NCBI GenBank assembly: GCA_049606355.1
Contig: JBMYVL010000001.1
Span: forward strand, 74,773-106,772
Source of the DNA: Opitutales bacterium
GTDB lineage: Bacteria; Verrucomicrobiota; Verrucomicrobiia; Opitutales; Coraliomargaritaceae
Reading direction: 5' to 3'
Length of the DNA: 32,000 bases
Shown: positions 1 through 9,893 of the stretch, piece after piece
How the letters are laid out: each line of letters starts with the position of its first letter
How positions within the stretch are numbered: position 1 is the stretch's first letter
Notes under the pieces: model-generated
Database searches by the model: none
Told to the model about the DNA's origin: nothing
The model's input: only the letters and a program-made list of their open reading frames with translations
Translations under genes and position numbers: made by a program

Positions 1-1
1 T

Positions 2-2560
2 TCAATAAAGTCGCGCGGTGGTGAAATCTTGCTGCGCACCACTGCCAAAGCCTACACCGGACCTGAGTTCGAAGCCATCCCGGTCATGCACCGTGCGGAC
101 GGGGCATTGATCACCCTGGCGGATGTCGCACGCATTGATGATGGCTACGTCGACAATCCCTTAGTGACCGAATTCAATGGGCAGCGTTCGGTACTATTAA
201 ATATTTATGCACTCGGCGACGAAAGCGCATTGGATGTTGCCGATCGTGTGCGTGACTTCGCCGCCGAAATTCAAAATGAGTTACCTGCGGGAGTCTCCAT
301 TGAGCCATTTCGTGACTTTACGTACTACCTCAAAGGGCGCCTGCAAATGCTGATTGAGAACGGGGTCTTCGGCCTGATACTGGTCTTTTTGGTGCTCACT
401 TTGTTTCTGCGCCCCTCGCTGGCCTTCTTTGTGATGCTAGGGATTCCGATCTCCTTTTTGGGCTCCCTACTCCTCCTGCCTTTTTTAGACATCAGCATCA
501 ATCTCGCTTCGCTCTTCGGATTTATTCTGGTCCTCGGTATCGTTGTGGATGATGCGATCATCGTAGGAGAAAGCGTCTTCACACAATTTCAGAAATACGG
601 TGGTCCCGGGGTCGAGGCTTCCGTTGCCGGGGCGCAGCGTGTGTCTGTGCCGGTTACCTTTGCCGTCCTCACGACCATCGTGGCCTTTTTACCGGTCCTG
701 ACCATTCCCGGATTCCTCGGTAAATTCTTCTATCCGATCCCCGTAGTTGTCATCGCGACCCTCATCTGGTCCCTCATTGAGTCCAAGCTGGTCCTCCCAT
801 ACCACTTAACACTCTGCAACGTGGGTGGTGGGCACCGTGAACAGATCGGCTGGTTGCGCCAGAAACAACGTAGGATCGCCGATGGTCTCGAGCGCTTCAT
901 TGAAGTCGTCTATCGTCCGGTACTAAGAAAGGCCATCGAACTGCGCTACGCCACCGTCGCTTTGTTTGTTGGCATTCTGCTCCTCATGTTCGGAATGCTG
1001 CTGGGCAAGCACATGCCTTTCGTCTTTTTTCCAAGCGTACCCTCCGATTACATTGTGGCACGACTGGTGATGCCGGAAGGCACTCCGGTAGAGCTCACTG
1101 AAGACGCGATCGCCCAGATACAAACCGGCTTGGATAAGCTTCGCGCCGAGATCACTGAGCAGGGCCTCGGTGAGCCCTTTGACAACGTCGTCATTACGAT
1201 AGGCAGCCAGCCCTTTGCGGGTAGCGGTGGCCCGATGGGCAGCATCGCCCAAACGGTAAGCACCAATAAAGCGGAAATTGCAGTTGAACTCGTGAAGCGC
1301 GAAGACCTCGCGGATGGCGGCAATATCCAAGAACTCTCGGCGCCGAATTTAGCCAACCGTTGGCGTGCCCTGATCGGCCCGATCGCGGGCGTCAAGGAGC
1401 TCACCTTCGACGCCGATGCCGCAGGGCAAGCCGGCAACGCTATTGATATTCAGCTGACCGGGCGCGACTTCAAGCAGCTCCGCGAAGCCTCGCAAGCCAT
1501 TCAAGCAAAACTCGCAACGTACGACGGCCTCTTTGATATCAACGACAACTACAGCAGCGGTAAACGTGAGATCAAACTCATGCTCAAGCCGTCGGCACAA
1601 ACTTTAGGCCTGCGGCAAAGTGACTTGGGCAACCAAGTACGTGCAGCATTTTACGGGGTCGAAGCGCAGCGCATTCAACGAGGCCGGGACGACATTAAAG
1701 TTATGGTGCGTTACCCACCGGAGGAGCGCCAATCCGTCGAGAACCTTGAAGCACTGCGCATCCGTACCATGAGCGGCGCCGAGGTGCCCTTCGACGCAGT
1801 TGCCGACTTCGAGATCGCCAATGGGTTTTCCACAATCACACGTGTGGATCGTCGACGTGTCCTAAACATCACTGCCGACGCCGACAAAGCAGTCGCCAAC
1901 CTTGAATTGATCAAAGCTGACCTTGGCGGCGGTAAGCACCGGGAAGCCCTTGCTAAAGGCTTCTTGGATGAGCTGCTGCAGGCGTACCCAGGCGTCGCTT
2001 GGTCCTTCGAGGGAGAAGCCCGCGAACAAGCGGACACTTTTCAAAGCCTCGCCCGAATGTCAGTGATCGCCGCCTTCATCATCTATGCGCTGCTGGCCGT
2101 GCCGTTGAAATCCTACTTTCAACCCTTCATTGTAATGTTCGTCATTCCCTTCGGGCTCATTGGCGCCATCCTCGGCCATTGGGTTATGGGGCAGTCAATG
2201 AGTATTCTTTCCATTCTGGGCTTCGTCGCCCTCGCGGGGGTGGTGGTCAATGACAGTTTGGTCTTGGTTGATTTTATCAATACGGAGCGCAAAGAGGGCA
2301 TTCCCATTCGTCAAGCGATTGAACGTGCCGGCGCAAAACGCTTCCGCCCGATCCTCTTAACATCACTGACGACCTTTGTCGGCCTACTGCCACTTCTGTT
2401 TGAGACGAGTCTACAGGCGCAATTTTTAATACCGATGGCGACTTCGCTGAGTTTTGGCGTCCTCTTTGCCACCTTCATGACCCTCCTGCTGGTACCTGCT
2501 TTTTATACGATCCTGGAGGATGCGCACGATTGGCTTCGCACACGATTCAAAGGTTTCTAG
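2..2560 (+). CDS. RND (AcrB/HAE family) efflux transporter permease, 5' end truncated by the window edge
   Basis: The frame is open from position 2, so the listed TTG at 29 is probably internal. The roughly 850 aa seen contain two blocks of multiple hydrophobic helices separated by a large soluble loop. The C-terminal FGxxxxxHW...LxxxGxxxNDSLVLVDF region is typical of RND permeases. About 200 aa of a usual ~1040-aa protein would lie upstream. Confidence 0.9.
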   Translation, partial: SIKSRGGEILLRTTAKAYTGPEFEAIPVMHRADGALITLADVARIDDGYVDNPLVTEFNGQRSVLLNIYALGDESALDVADRVRDFAAEIQNELPAGVSIEPFRDFTYYLKGRLQMLIENGVFGLILVFLVLTLFLRPSLAFFVMLGIPISFLGSLLLLPFLDISINLASLFGFILVLGIVVDDAIIVGESVFTQFQKYGGPGVEASVAGAQRVSVPVTFAVLTTIVAFLPVLTIPGFLGKFFYPIPVVVIATLIWSLIESKLVLPYHLTLCNVGGGHREQIGWLRQKQRRIADGLERFIEVVYRPVLRKAIELRYATVALFVGILLLMFGMLLGKHMPFVFFPSVPSDYIVARLVMPEGTPVELTEDAIAQIQTGLDKLRAEITEQGLGEPFDNVVITIGSQPFAGSGGPMGSIAQTVSTNKAEIAVELVKREDLADGGNIQELSAPNLANRWRALIGPIAGVKELTFDADAAGQAGNAIDIQLTGRDFKQLREASQAIQAKLATYDGLFDINDNYSSGKREIKLMLKPSAQTLGLRQSDLGNQVRAAFYGVEAQRIQRGRDDIKVMVRYPPEERQSVENLEALRIRTMSGAEVPFDAVADFEIANGFSTITRVDRRRVLNITADADKAVANLELIKADLGGGKHREALAKGFLDELLQAYPGVAWSFEGEAREQADTFQSLARMSVIAAFIIYALLAVPLKSYFQPFIVMFVIPFGLIGAILGHWVMGQSMSILSILGFVALAGVVVNDSLVLVDFINTERKEGIPIRQAIERAGAKRFRPILLTSLTTFVGLLPLLFETSLQAQFLIPMATSLSFGVLFATFMTLLLVPAFYTILEDAHDWLRTRFKGF

Positions 2561-2639
2561 CGAATCTGGCTGGCAATGATCTCACTGCTTGCAGCGAGCG
2601 AGGAAAGCGTCAACCTGCAGCCAGTCCTTAATCAACCCC

Positions 2640-3461
2640 ATGCTGCGCCGCCTCTCCACTTATCTACTACTGAGTGCCACTGCCTACGCGCTCAACGAAC
2701 CTGCGACCCAACGTCTTTTCGAGATCGCCGCGAAGGAAGAGAGAATCTACAAAAACATTGCGGCAGATCCGGACTACTACAGCGAAGCCGACATCGAGCG
2801 ACGAATCATCGAGTTGCTGCACGCATACGAAGCCTACTTGAAGGACACCCCTGAGGATGTCGAGGCGCTGATTCTTTACGCCAAGCTGCTGCGCCGCACC
2901 GGTAAAACCGCAGATGCCTTTCAAATTTTCTTACGTGCGGATGAGCTGGATCCGGAAGTTGCGGTCATCAAACAACAAATCGGCACTTATATGGCCGAGC
3001 AAGGTAAGGGCAAAGTCGCTTTGCTTTACTATCAGCAAGCAGTCGAACTCGAACCGCAAAATGCGATTTATCACTTCAGCTTAGGGCAATTACTCTTTCA
3101 ATTCTGCGAGGACTTCGTTGCGGCTGAAATCTATACGCGCGATGCTCTCGATCGCGAAATGATCAAGGCCTTCACAAACGCAGCGGATCGAGCGCCGGAC
3201 AATTTCGATTTTCAAGTACGGCTGGGGGCCGCTTACTACGACCAAGCCAGCCCAGACTGGCAGGCTGCCCTCGTCCACTGGGACCAATCGCGTGCTCGAT
3301 TCAAGGAAACCCTGCAACTTGAAATCATTCACCTCCACAAAGCGCGGGTGCTCGGTAAACTCGGCCGTCACGAAGAAGCTCGCGCGCTGGCCGACACCGT
3401 AACCAGCCCGGCCTTGGAAAAATCCCGGCAGCAGGTAGTGGACGAAGCCGCTCAGTTTTAA
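2640..3461 (+). CDS. Secreted/periplasmic tetratricopeptide (TPR) repeat protein
   Basis: The ATG at 2640 gives MLRRLSTYLLLSATAYALNEP, a signal-peptide-like N-terminus. Repeated A-x-x-Y/F-x-x-A-hydrophobic helical pairs follow (ALILYAKLLRRTGKTADAFQIF, ALLYYQQAVELEPQNAIYHFSLG). The TTG at 2589 is an alternative start. Confidence 0.65.
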   Translation: MLRRLSTYLLLSATAYALNEPATQRLFEIAAKEERIYKNIAADPDYYSEADIERRIIELLHAYEAYLKDTPEDVEALILYAKLLRRTGKTADAFQIFLRADELDPEVAVIKQQIGTYMAEQGKGKVALLYYQQAVELEPQNAIYHFSLGQLLFQFCEDFVAAEIYTRDALDREMIKAFTNAADRAPDNFDFQVRLGAAYYDQASPDWQAALVHWDQSRARFKETLQLEIIHLHKARVLGKLGRHEEARALADTVTSPALEKSRQQVVDEAAQF

Positions 3462-3494
3462 CCGGTACTTCACCCTGCCAGCTTGGGAAGGCGG

Positions 3495-4100
3495 CTACTT
3501 GGCTAAATCATAAATGGCGTAGCCCGCCCGAAGATTCGGCCAAGACTTACAGGTCTGCCGCCAATCACCCTGCAAGTAGGCACGATCCTTCACGGTTATA
3601 GCGCGCGCCTCACAAAACGAATCAAACTCATGAATTGAAAATGGGTTGGTCGGATGCGTTTCGTACCATTTTTTTGGATACACTTCATTAAGGCTATGGC
3701 GCCCACGCAGAAGATAATTCACTCGGTTCTTCCAAAACCCGTGATTCACAAAACCCACCGTCACACGCTTTCCGACCCGTAATCCTTCATTTAAAATATG
3801 ATCCGGCTCATCGAGTAGATCGACCGAACGACTGAAAATAACTCGGTCAAAACTATCCGCGTCAAAACGTGACAAGATCGTTTTGACGTCCCCGTGGTAA
3901 GCAGTCACGCCCCGCTTGATACAGCTCAATACTTTCTCAAACTCGACATCCACTCCGACGGCGTACACCGACTTGGTTTGCTGCAGGTACTCCAGCAACA
4001 CACCGCGCCCGCAACCAAGATCCAGCACGCGATCTCCCGGCTTCACCCATTGCGCGATAACCTGAAAGTCGACATGTCGTTTTTTGCTGCCTGGATTCAT
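3495..4100 (-). CDS. metW: Methionine biosynthesis protein MetW (methyltransferase-fold partner of MetX)
   Basis: 201 aa. It has the SAM-MTase-like motif VLDLGCGRGVLLEYL and lies 5 nt downstream of metX on the same strand, the classic metXW pair. Confidence 0.85.
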   Translation of the reverse strand: MNPGSKKRHVDFQVIAQWVKPGDRVLDLGCGRGVLLEYLQQTKSVYAVGVDVEFEKVLSCIKRGVTAYHGDVKTILSRFDADSFDRVIFSRSVDLLDEPDHILNEGLRVGKRVTVGFVNHGFWKNRVNYLLRGRHSLNEVYPKKWYETHPTNPFSIHEFDSFCEARAITVKDRAYLQGDWRQTCKSWPNLRAGYAIYDLAK

Positions 4101-4105
4101 GGTGA

Positions 4106-5257
4106 TTATTTACGTGCGAGAAAGCAGCGAATCAACGCGTCCAACTTCGGGGAACACAGCAAAAATGAGTCATGCCCTGCATCCATTTCAAGCTCTACAT
4201 AAGAGGCGTCTTTACCGAGGCGTAATAAGGCTTCGACGAGATCACGGTTCCCCTGCGGGGGATACAGCCAATCCGAAGTAAAGCCGACCACGAGTCCGGG
4301 CGCAGTCACGCTTTGCAAGGTCTCGTCCAACGCGCCGCTTTCGCCATATAAATCAAACCGATCCAGTGCCTTCGTTAAACAGAGGTAGGTATTCGCATCG
4401 AAGCGGGAGACGAAAGCTTGGCCCTGGTAGCGCAGGTAACTTTCGACCTCAAACTCGACATCAAAATTTTCAAAGTGTTCGTGCGCTTCCTGGTTGCGTC
4501 GTTTGCGCCCAAACCTCGCCTCCATGCCAGCCTCCGACAGGTAGGTAATGTGCGCCATCATGCGCGCGACGGAAAGACCCTGGGCCGGTTGCTCACCATC
4601 GGGGTAATCCCCTTGCATCCAGGCGGGGTCACTAATAATTGCTTGGCGACCGGTATCATTAAACGCAATCGCTTGCGCGTGGTGACGCGCGCAGCACGCC
4701 AGCGCGATGTAGCTTCCCACACGATCCGGGAAAGCCGTGGCCCACTGCATCGTCTGCATCCCGCCCATACTGCCACCGATCACACAGTGGAGTTGATCGA
4801 TCCCCAGGTGATCGATGAGCAGAACTTGCGCTTTGACCATATCGCCGACAGTGAGCTTCGGGAAATCCTGATTGTAACGCTTCCCGGTACCCGGATGAGT
4901 CGATTCAGGCCCGGTCGATCCACTGCAGCCACCGAGGACATTGGAACAGATGACGAAATACTTCGAGGTGTCGATTGGCTTGCCCGGACCAATCATAAAA
5001 TTCCACCAGCCCTGCTTGCGCTCATCCATACTATACACCCCTGCGGCGTGGTGATTGCCCGTCAGTGCGTGGCAAATGAGGACCGCATTATCTTTCGCGG
5101 CATTCAGGTGCCCATAGGTCTCGTAACGCAGGGTCAACTCCGGGATCGTACCGCCAGACTCGAATTGGAAGGGTTGAGCAGACACAAAGTCCTGGTACTC
5201 GACAATACCCACCTCTCCCGCCTCGGAGATTTGCATTGGCTGCTCAGAATCATTCAT
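4106..5257 (-). CDS. metX: Homoserine O-acetyltransferase
   Basis: 383 aa alpha/beta hydrolase with the nucleophile elbow GGSMGGMQ. It has the typical MetX N-terminal segment (LRYETYGHLNAAKDNAVLICHALTG) and C-terminal DSGHDSFL-like motif (DAGHDSFLL). Confidence 0.9.
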   Translation of the reverse strand: MNDSEQPMQISEAGEVGIVEYQDFVSAQPFQFESGGTIPELTLRYETYGHLNAAKDNAVLICHALTGNHHAAGVYSMDERKQGWWNFMIGPGKPIDTSKYFVICSNVLGGCSGSTGPESTHPGTGKRYNQDFPKLTVGDMVKAQVLLIDHLGIDQLHCVIGGSMGGMQTMQWATAFPDRVGSYIALACCARHHAQAIAFNDTGRQAIISDPAWMQGDYPDGEQPAQGLSVARMMAHITYLSEAGMEARFGRKRRNQEAHEHFENFDVEFEVESYLRYQGQAFVSRFDANTYLCLTKALDRFDLYGESGALDETLQSVTAPGLVVGFTSDWLYPPQGNRDLVEALLRLGKDASYVELEMDAGHDSFLLCSPKLDALIRCFLARK

Positions 5258-5360
5258 AGACGCACTGCTATGACTCGGCAGAGAGCAGCCCTAGTCAACC
5301 TTTATCCTTGAAGCGATTGTCGGAGCCGCCGGGCAGAACACATGCGCGGCACAAGATGCA

Positions 5361-6353
5361 TTAGGCCTCATCAAAACCATTCGGGTGGCTCTGGTGCCAC
5401 TTCCACGCGGTCGCGATAATGTCTTTTACGTTGGTATACTGGATTTGCCAGCCGAGCTCTTGCTGCGCTTTGGACGAATCCGCATACAGTGCCGGTGGAT
5501 CTCCCGCGCGGCGGTCAGCTTCCACTACCGGAACCTTCAATCCCGTAACTGCTTCGACTGCATCAATGATCTCACGGACGGAATTTGGCGTACCGGTACC
5601 GAGATTATAGAACAATCCGGTGCCGGGTGCCTCCAGCTTATCAAACACCGCAATGTGGGCACGCGACAAATCATCCACATGAACGTAGTCACGCAGACAG
5701 GTGCCGTCAGGTGTCGGGTAATCTGTGCCGAAAACCTTGATGTTTTCTCGGCGACCGGTCGCTGCATCAATCACCAAGGGGATCAAATGCGTCTCCGGAT
5801 TGTGATCCTCACCAATCGAACCATCCTCCGCAGCACCGGCTGCATTAAAATAACGGAAGGCCGCGAAGCTCAAACCATACGCATGGGCAAACGCTTTGAG
5901 GCAATTCTCAACATCCAACTTGGTTTGCCCATATGGGTTGATCGGCGCCTGTGGCAGTGACTCCACCATGGGCAAGGTTTCCGGCTCGCCGTAGGTGGCA
6001 CAGGTGGAGGAAAAGACGAACTTTTTGACGTCGTTATCGAGCATCGTCTCGAGCAAGCGTAGCGTCGCGACAAAATTATTTTCATAATACTTGCGTGGCT
6101 CGGTAACGGATTCGCCGACATAGGCAAACGCCGCAAAATGCATCACCAGCTCTATTGCTTCATTCTTGAGAATCTGCGCGACCGCCTCGCAATCGCCCAA
6201 GTCACAATCATAAAACGGAATCGACTCGGCAACCGCCTGGCGATGGCCAAAGACGAGATTGTCCAGCACCACAGGGCGGTGCCCCGCCGCCTGTAATTGT
6301 CGCACACAATGGCTACCGATGTAGCCAGCACCACCTACTACTAATACGTTCAT
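5361..6353 (-). CDS. galE: UDP-glucose 4-epimerase
   Basis: 330 aa extended SDR with N-terminal VVGGAGYIGSH Rossmann motif, catalytic YGQTK (YxxxK) and GalE-like DGTCLRDYVHVDDL. Confidence 0.85.
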   Translation of the reverse strand: MNVLVVGGAGYIGSHCVRQLQAAGHRPVVLDNLVFGHRQAVAESIPFYDCDLGDCEAVAQILKNEAIELVMHFAAFAYVGESVTEPRKYYENNFVATLRLLETMLDNDVKKFVFSSTCATYGEPETLPMVESLPQAPINPYGQTKLDVENCLKAFAHAYGLSFAAFRYFNAAGAAEDGSIGEDHNPETHLIPLVIDAATGRRENIKVFGTDYPTPDGTCLRDYVHVDDLSRAHIAVFDKLEAPGTGLFYNLGTGTPNSVREIIDAVEAVTGLKVPVVEADRRAGDPPALYADSSKAQQELGWQIQYTNVKDIIATAWKWHQSHPNGFDEA

Positions 6354-6505
6354 ACTAAGTGTTGTGCGAGCGGCTGCCCGCGCTGTCGAAAATAAAATAA
6401 GGGCAGCGACGCTTTATTTTCAGGATTCTCCATTTGCAGAATTCGCAGGGCTTTACATGGTTGACAGCTGCACGACTGCCCGTGCTATTGCTTCACCCTT
6501 TAACC

Positions 6506-7741
6506 ATGCAGCAAACGCGTATCGTCATAACAGGCGTGGGCCTGACCTCTCCCAACGGCAATACACTCGAGGAGTACCGTAAAAACCTCCTCGAAGGTGT
6601 TGCGGGCGTGCAGCTTATTGACATGCGCTACATGGGCGAAGTGCCGGCTGGGGTGTGCGATTTTGATCCTAAGAAATACCAAACGCGCAAGGAATTACGG
6701 GTCGGCACCCGTGCCGGCAGTATCGCAATTTACGCGGCTCACGAAGCGATTGCCCATAGCGGTATCGATTTCGCAACTTTTGACAAAACTCGCATCGGCG
6801 TCTATGTCGGGACGACCGAGCATGGTAATGTGGAGACTGAAAACGAGGTCTACAATATCTCCAAATTTGACTACGATACCAAATTTTGGACACACCACCA
6901 CAACCCGCGTACGGTTGCCAATAACCCCGCCGGCGAAATCACCATCAATATGGGAATCACGGGGCCGCACTACACGATTGGTGCCGCCTGTGCTGCCGGG
7001 AATGCAGGGCTCATCCAAGCTGTGCAAATGTTACGCCTCGGCGAGGTGGATCTCGCGCTTGCGGGCGGCGTGAGTGAGAGCATTCAGTCGTTCGGAATTT
7101 TCGCCGGCTTCAAAAGTCAGGGCGCACTCGGCAGCCATGATGATATCAATAAAGCCAGCCGCCCCTTTGACAAAAGCCGCAACGGCATCGTCGTCTCTGA
7201 AGGCGGCGCCATTTATACCTTGGAACGCCTCGACGATGCACTGGCGCGCAACGCGAACATTCTTGGAGAAATCATCGGCTACCGCATCAATTCGGATGCG
7301 AGTGACTACGTATTGCCGAACCCGGAGCGCCAGGCGGAGTGCATGCGTGCTGCACTAGACAATGCCGGGCTGAGTGCCCATGAGGTCGATTTGGTGAATA
7401 CTCACGCGACCTCAACCCCTCAAGGCGACATCCAAGAGTGCAAGGCGATCGCCGAGGTGTTTGGCTCGAGTCCGACGACTTACATCAATAACACCAAGAG
7501 CTTTATCGGGCATGCGATGGGCGCCGCCGGGGCGCTGGAGCTAGCCGGAAATCTACCCTCTTTTCAGGATCACATCATCCACCCGACCATCAATGTCGAT
7601 GAACTGGACCCTGAATGTGCCCTCGCTAATCTTGTAATAAACGAACCGCGCAAGGTTGACGCGGTGAAAGTTATCCTCAACAACTCCTTTGGTATGCTTG
7701 GGATCAACTCTGCGCTGATTGTGCGCAATTTTGAAAACTAA
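6506..7741 (+). CDS. Beta-ketoacyl-ACP synthase, KAS I/II (FabF/NodE-like) family, apparently a dedicated paralogue
   Basis: The ATG at 6506 gives MQQTRIVITGVGLTSPNG, a canonical KAS N-terminus. The ORF-track start at 6434 adds a non-homologous extension. The Cys-His-His triad context is intact: IGAACAAGN, NTHATSTPQGD, NNTKSFIGHAMGAAG. Confidence 0.85.
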   Translation: MQQTRIVITGVGLTSPNGNTLEEYRKNLLEGVAGVQLIDMRYMGEVPAGVCDFDPKKYQTRKELRVGTRAGSIAIYAAHEAIAHSGIDFATFDKTRIGVYVGTTEHGNVETENEVYNISKFDYDTKFWTHHHNPRTVANNPAGEITINMGITGPHYTIGAACAAGNAGLIQAVQMLRLGEVDLALAGGVSESIQSFGIFAGFKSQGALGSHDDINKASRPFDKSRNGIVVSEGGAIYTLERLDDALARNANILGEIIGYRINSDASDYVLPNPERQAECMRAALDNAGLSAHEVDLVNTHATSTPQGDIQECKAIAEVFGSSPTTYINNTKSFIGHAMGAAGALELAGNLPSFQDHIIHPTINVDELDPECALANLVINEPRKVDAVKVILNNSFGMLGINSALIVRNFEN

Positions 7742-7778
7742 GCCATTTCCCAATCCATCGGCACCGCGCCATTTTAAC

Positions 7779-8030
<252 letters not shown>

Positions 8031-8056
8031 CTGGTAACACCCTTTCCATTCAACAA

Positions 8057-8083
8057 GTCGAGGTCCACAGGCCTCGACTTTTT
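8057..8083 (+). terminator. Rho-independent terminator or intra-operon attenuator after the ACP gene
   Basis: GTCGAGG (8057-8063) pairs with CCTCGAC (8072-8078) and is followed directly by TTTTT (8079-8083). The next ATG is only 15 nt downstream. Confidence 0.6.
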
Positions 8084-8097
8084 AGTCGCACCATCCC

Positions 8098-9540
8098 ATG
8101 CCCACCGAAGGACTCGACAACCAGCACTTTGAGACGGTCGTCATCGGCGCAGGAATGGCTGGCTTAGCAGCTGGCATACGTCTGGCACTGGCAGGCAAAG
8201 CCGTTATTCTGCTTGAGCGCCACAATGCTTCCGGCGGGCTGAATTCCTTCTACAGTATTGACGGGCGAAAATATGACGTGGGCCTGCACGCGTTGACCAA
8301 CTATGTGGCGAAAGGCACTAAAGGCACGCCGCTGGCAAAGCTTCTGCGCCAACTGCGGATCCCTTACGATGCCCTCGATCTCTGTCCACAGTTCGGCTCC
8401 AGGATCGCCTTCCCTGGCCACCAGCTGAAATTTTCGAATGATTTCGCATTGCTCGAAGCGGAAGTGGCCCGCGCCTTTCCCCGCGAAATCGACGGCTTCC
8501 GAGCCTTGGTGCAGGAAATTCGCGAACTGGATGCCTTTAACTTAAACGCACGGCGCGTTTCAGCACGCTTAGCGGTAAAGCGCCACATTAACGACACCAC
8601 CTTGGAGGATATGCTCTTTTGCCCAGTGATGTACTACGGAAGCGCCGAAGAGCATGACATGGATTTTGGGCAATTCGCGATCATGTTCCGCTCGCTGTTT
8701 TTTGAGGGCTTCGCGCGCCCCTTCGAAGGGGTACGCAGGATCATTCGCTTACTACAGAACAAGTACCGCGAATTGGGCGGCCAGCGTCGCATGAAATGCG
8801 GCATCCGCAAAATTCATACCGATGGCACACGCGCCACCGCCCTTACACTCGACAACGGGGAGCGAATCACCGCCGATAAGATCCTCTCGACCGCGGGTGT
8901 GGTTGAAACCCTGCGGCTCTGTGACGACCAAGCGGAGGACAGCGCCGCCGACAATATCGGCCGGCTGAGTTTCACCGAAACGATCACGGTACTGGATCAA
9001 CAACCGCGAGATCTCGGCTGGGATGATACCATTATTTTTTTCAACACACGGGAGCGCTTTCACTACGCCGCCGTTGAGGATGCCTTGGTTGACCCCAGCA
9101 GCGGGGTGATTTGTCTGCCCAATAATTACGACTACGGCTTACGACAACTTGACGAAGGCTTGCTGCGAATCACCGCGATGGCCAATCACGATCGATGGTG
9201 CGCCCTCGATGCAACTGCCTATCAGGCGGAAAAAGACCATTGGTATGCGGAACTGCAAAAAGTTGCGCTGCAGATTTTACCTGATTTGCCCAATGGCGAT
9301 GGGGCTGCGCCGCTGGATGCCCATTGCATCGCCAAAGATATGTTCACCCCACGCACCGTCCGTAAGTATACCGGTCACCTCAATGGCGCGATCTACGGAG
9401 CCCCGAAAAAAAGCAAAGAAGGCCGGACGCACTTGCAGAATCTTTACCTCGCGGGCACCGATCAAGGCTTTCTGGGCATCATCGGTGCGATGCTCAGCGG
9501 GATATCGATGACTAACCTGCACCTGCTGCAGGACCGCTGA
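8098..9540 (+). CDS. NAD(P)/FAD-dependent oxidoreductase of the CrtI/phytoene-desaturase (amine-oxidase fold) family
   Basis: 480 aa. The N-terminal dinucleotide fold is VVIGAGMAGLAAGIRLALAGKAVILLERHNASGG. The C-terminal FAD-contact segment LYLAGTDQGFLGIIGAMLSG is typical of CrtI/RetSat-like enzymes. The substrate cannot be read from the sequence. Confidence 0.75.
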   Translation: MPTEGLDNQHFETVVIGAGMAGLAAGIRLALAGKAVILLERHNASGGLNSFYSIDGRKYDVGLHALTNYVAKGTKGTPLAKLLRQLRIPYDALDLCPQFGSRIAFPGHQLKFSNDFALLEAEVARAFPREIDGFRALVQEIRELDAFNLNARRVSARLAVKRHINDTTLEDMLFCPVMYYGSAEEHDMDFGQFAIMFRSLFFEGFARPFEGVRRIIRLLQNKYRELGGQRRMKCGIRKIHTDGTRATALTLDNGERITADKILSTAGVVETLRLCDDQAEDSAADNIGRLSFTETITVLDQQPRDLGWDDTIIFFNTRERFHYAAVEDALVDPSSGVICLPNNYDYGLRQLDEGLLRITAMANHDRWCALDATAYQAEKDHWYAELQKVALQILPDLPNGDGAAPLDAHCIAKDMFTPRTVRKYTGHLNGAIYGAPKKSKEGRTHLQNLYLAGTDQGFLGIIGAMLSGISMTNLHLLQDR

Positions 9541-9879
9541 TCAGCCTGGAGGCCACGCCATCGGGCGGCCTCCCAATACGTGCACGTGCAGGTGCGGCAC
9601 GGTTTCGCCCCCATCGGAACCATTATTGATCACGATGCGGTAGCCACCCGCCAAGCGGAGGGAATCCGCCACCTTGGCAGCAGTGAGCAGCAAATGCCCG
9701 AGTAAGGCTTGGTCAGCAACCTGCGCAACGGCGATACGCGCCAATGGCTTCTTAGGAATCACCAACAAATGCGTAGGGGCCTGTGGATCGACATCATGGA
9801 TAGCAATGCAGTCCGTATCCTCATACTCGATTCTGGCTGGGATTTCACGGGCAATGATACGTTCGAATAGAGTACTCAT
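9541..9879 (-). CDS. HIT (histidine triad) family nucleotide hydrolase/transferase
   Basis: The ATG at 9879 gives MSTLFERIIAREIPA, a canonical HINT N-terminus. The histidine triad HLHVHVLGG is near the C-terminus. The longer ORF to 9942 is probably an artefact. Confidence 0.85.
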   Translation of the reverse strand: MSTLFERIIAREIPARIEYEDTDCIAIHDVDPQAPTHLLVIPKKPLARIAVAQVADQALLGHLLLTAAKVADSLRLAGGYRIVINNGSDGGETVPHLHVHVLGGRPMAWPPG

Positions 9880-9893
9880 GGTTCCACTCTCAT

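Noticed and set aside
4418-5311. A 297-aa ORF antisense to metX. Similar long antisense ORFs occur at 5385-5960 (galE), 21290-22066 (accC), 27730-28392 and 28396-29082 (gltB), and 29300-29848 and 30011-30484 (gltD).
   Set aside because: Each lies wholly inside a confidently identified conserved gene on the other strand. Their translations are Arg/His/Gly-rich with no recognisable motifs. Long stop-free antisense frames are expected in GC-rich, codon-biased genes.
5258-5360. A possible SAM riboswitch in the 103-nt gap upstream of metX.
   Set aside because: I transcribed the leader and found only one short hairpin (GCUGCU...AGCAGU) next to the start codon. There is no SAM-I four-way junction and no SAM-II/V pseudoknot signature. 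The gap is also too short once a promoter is accommodated.
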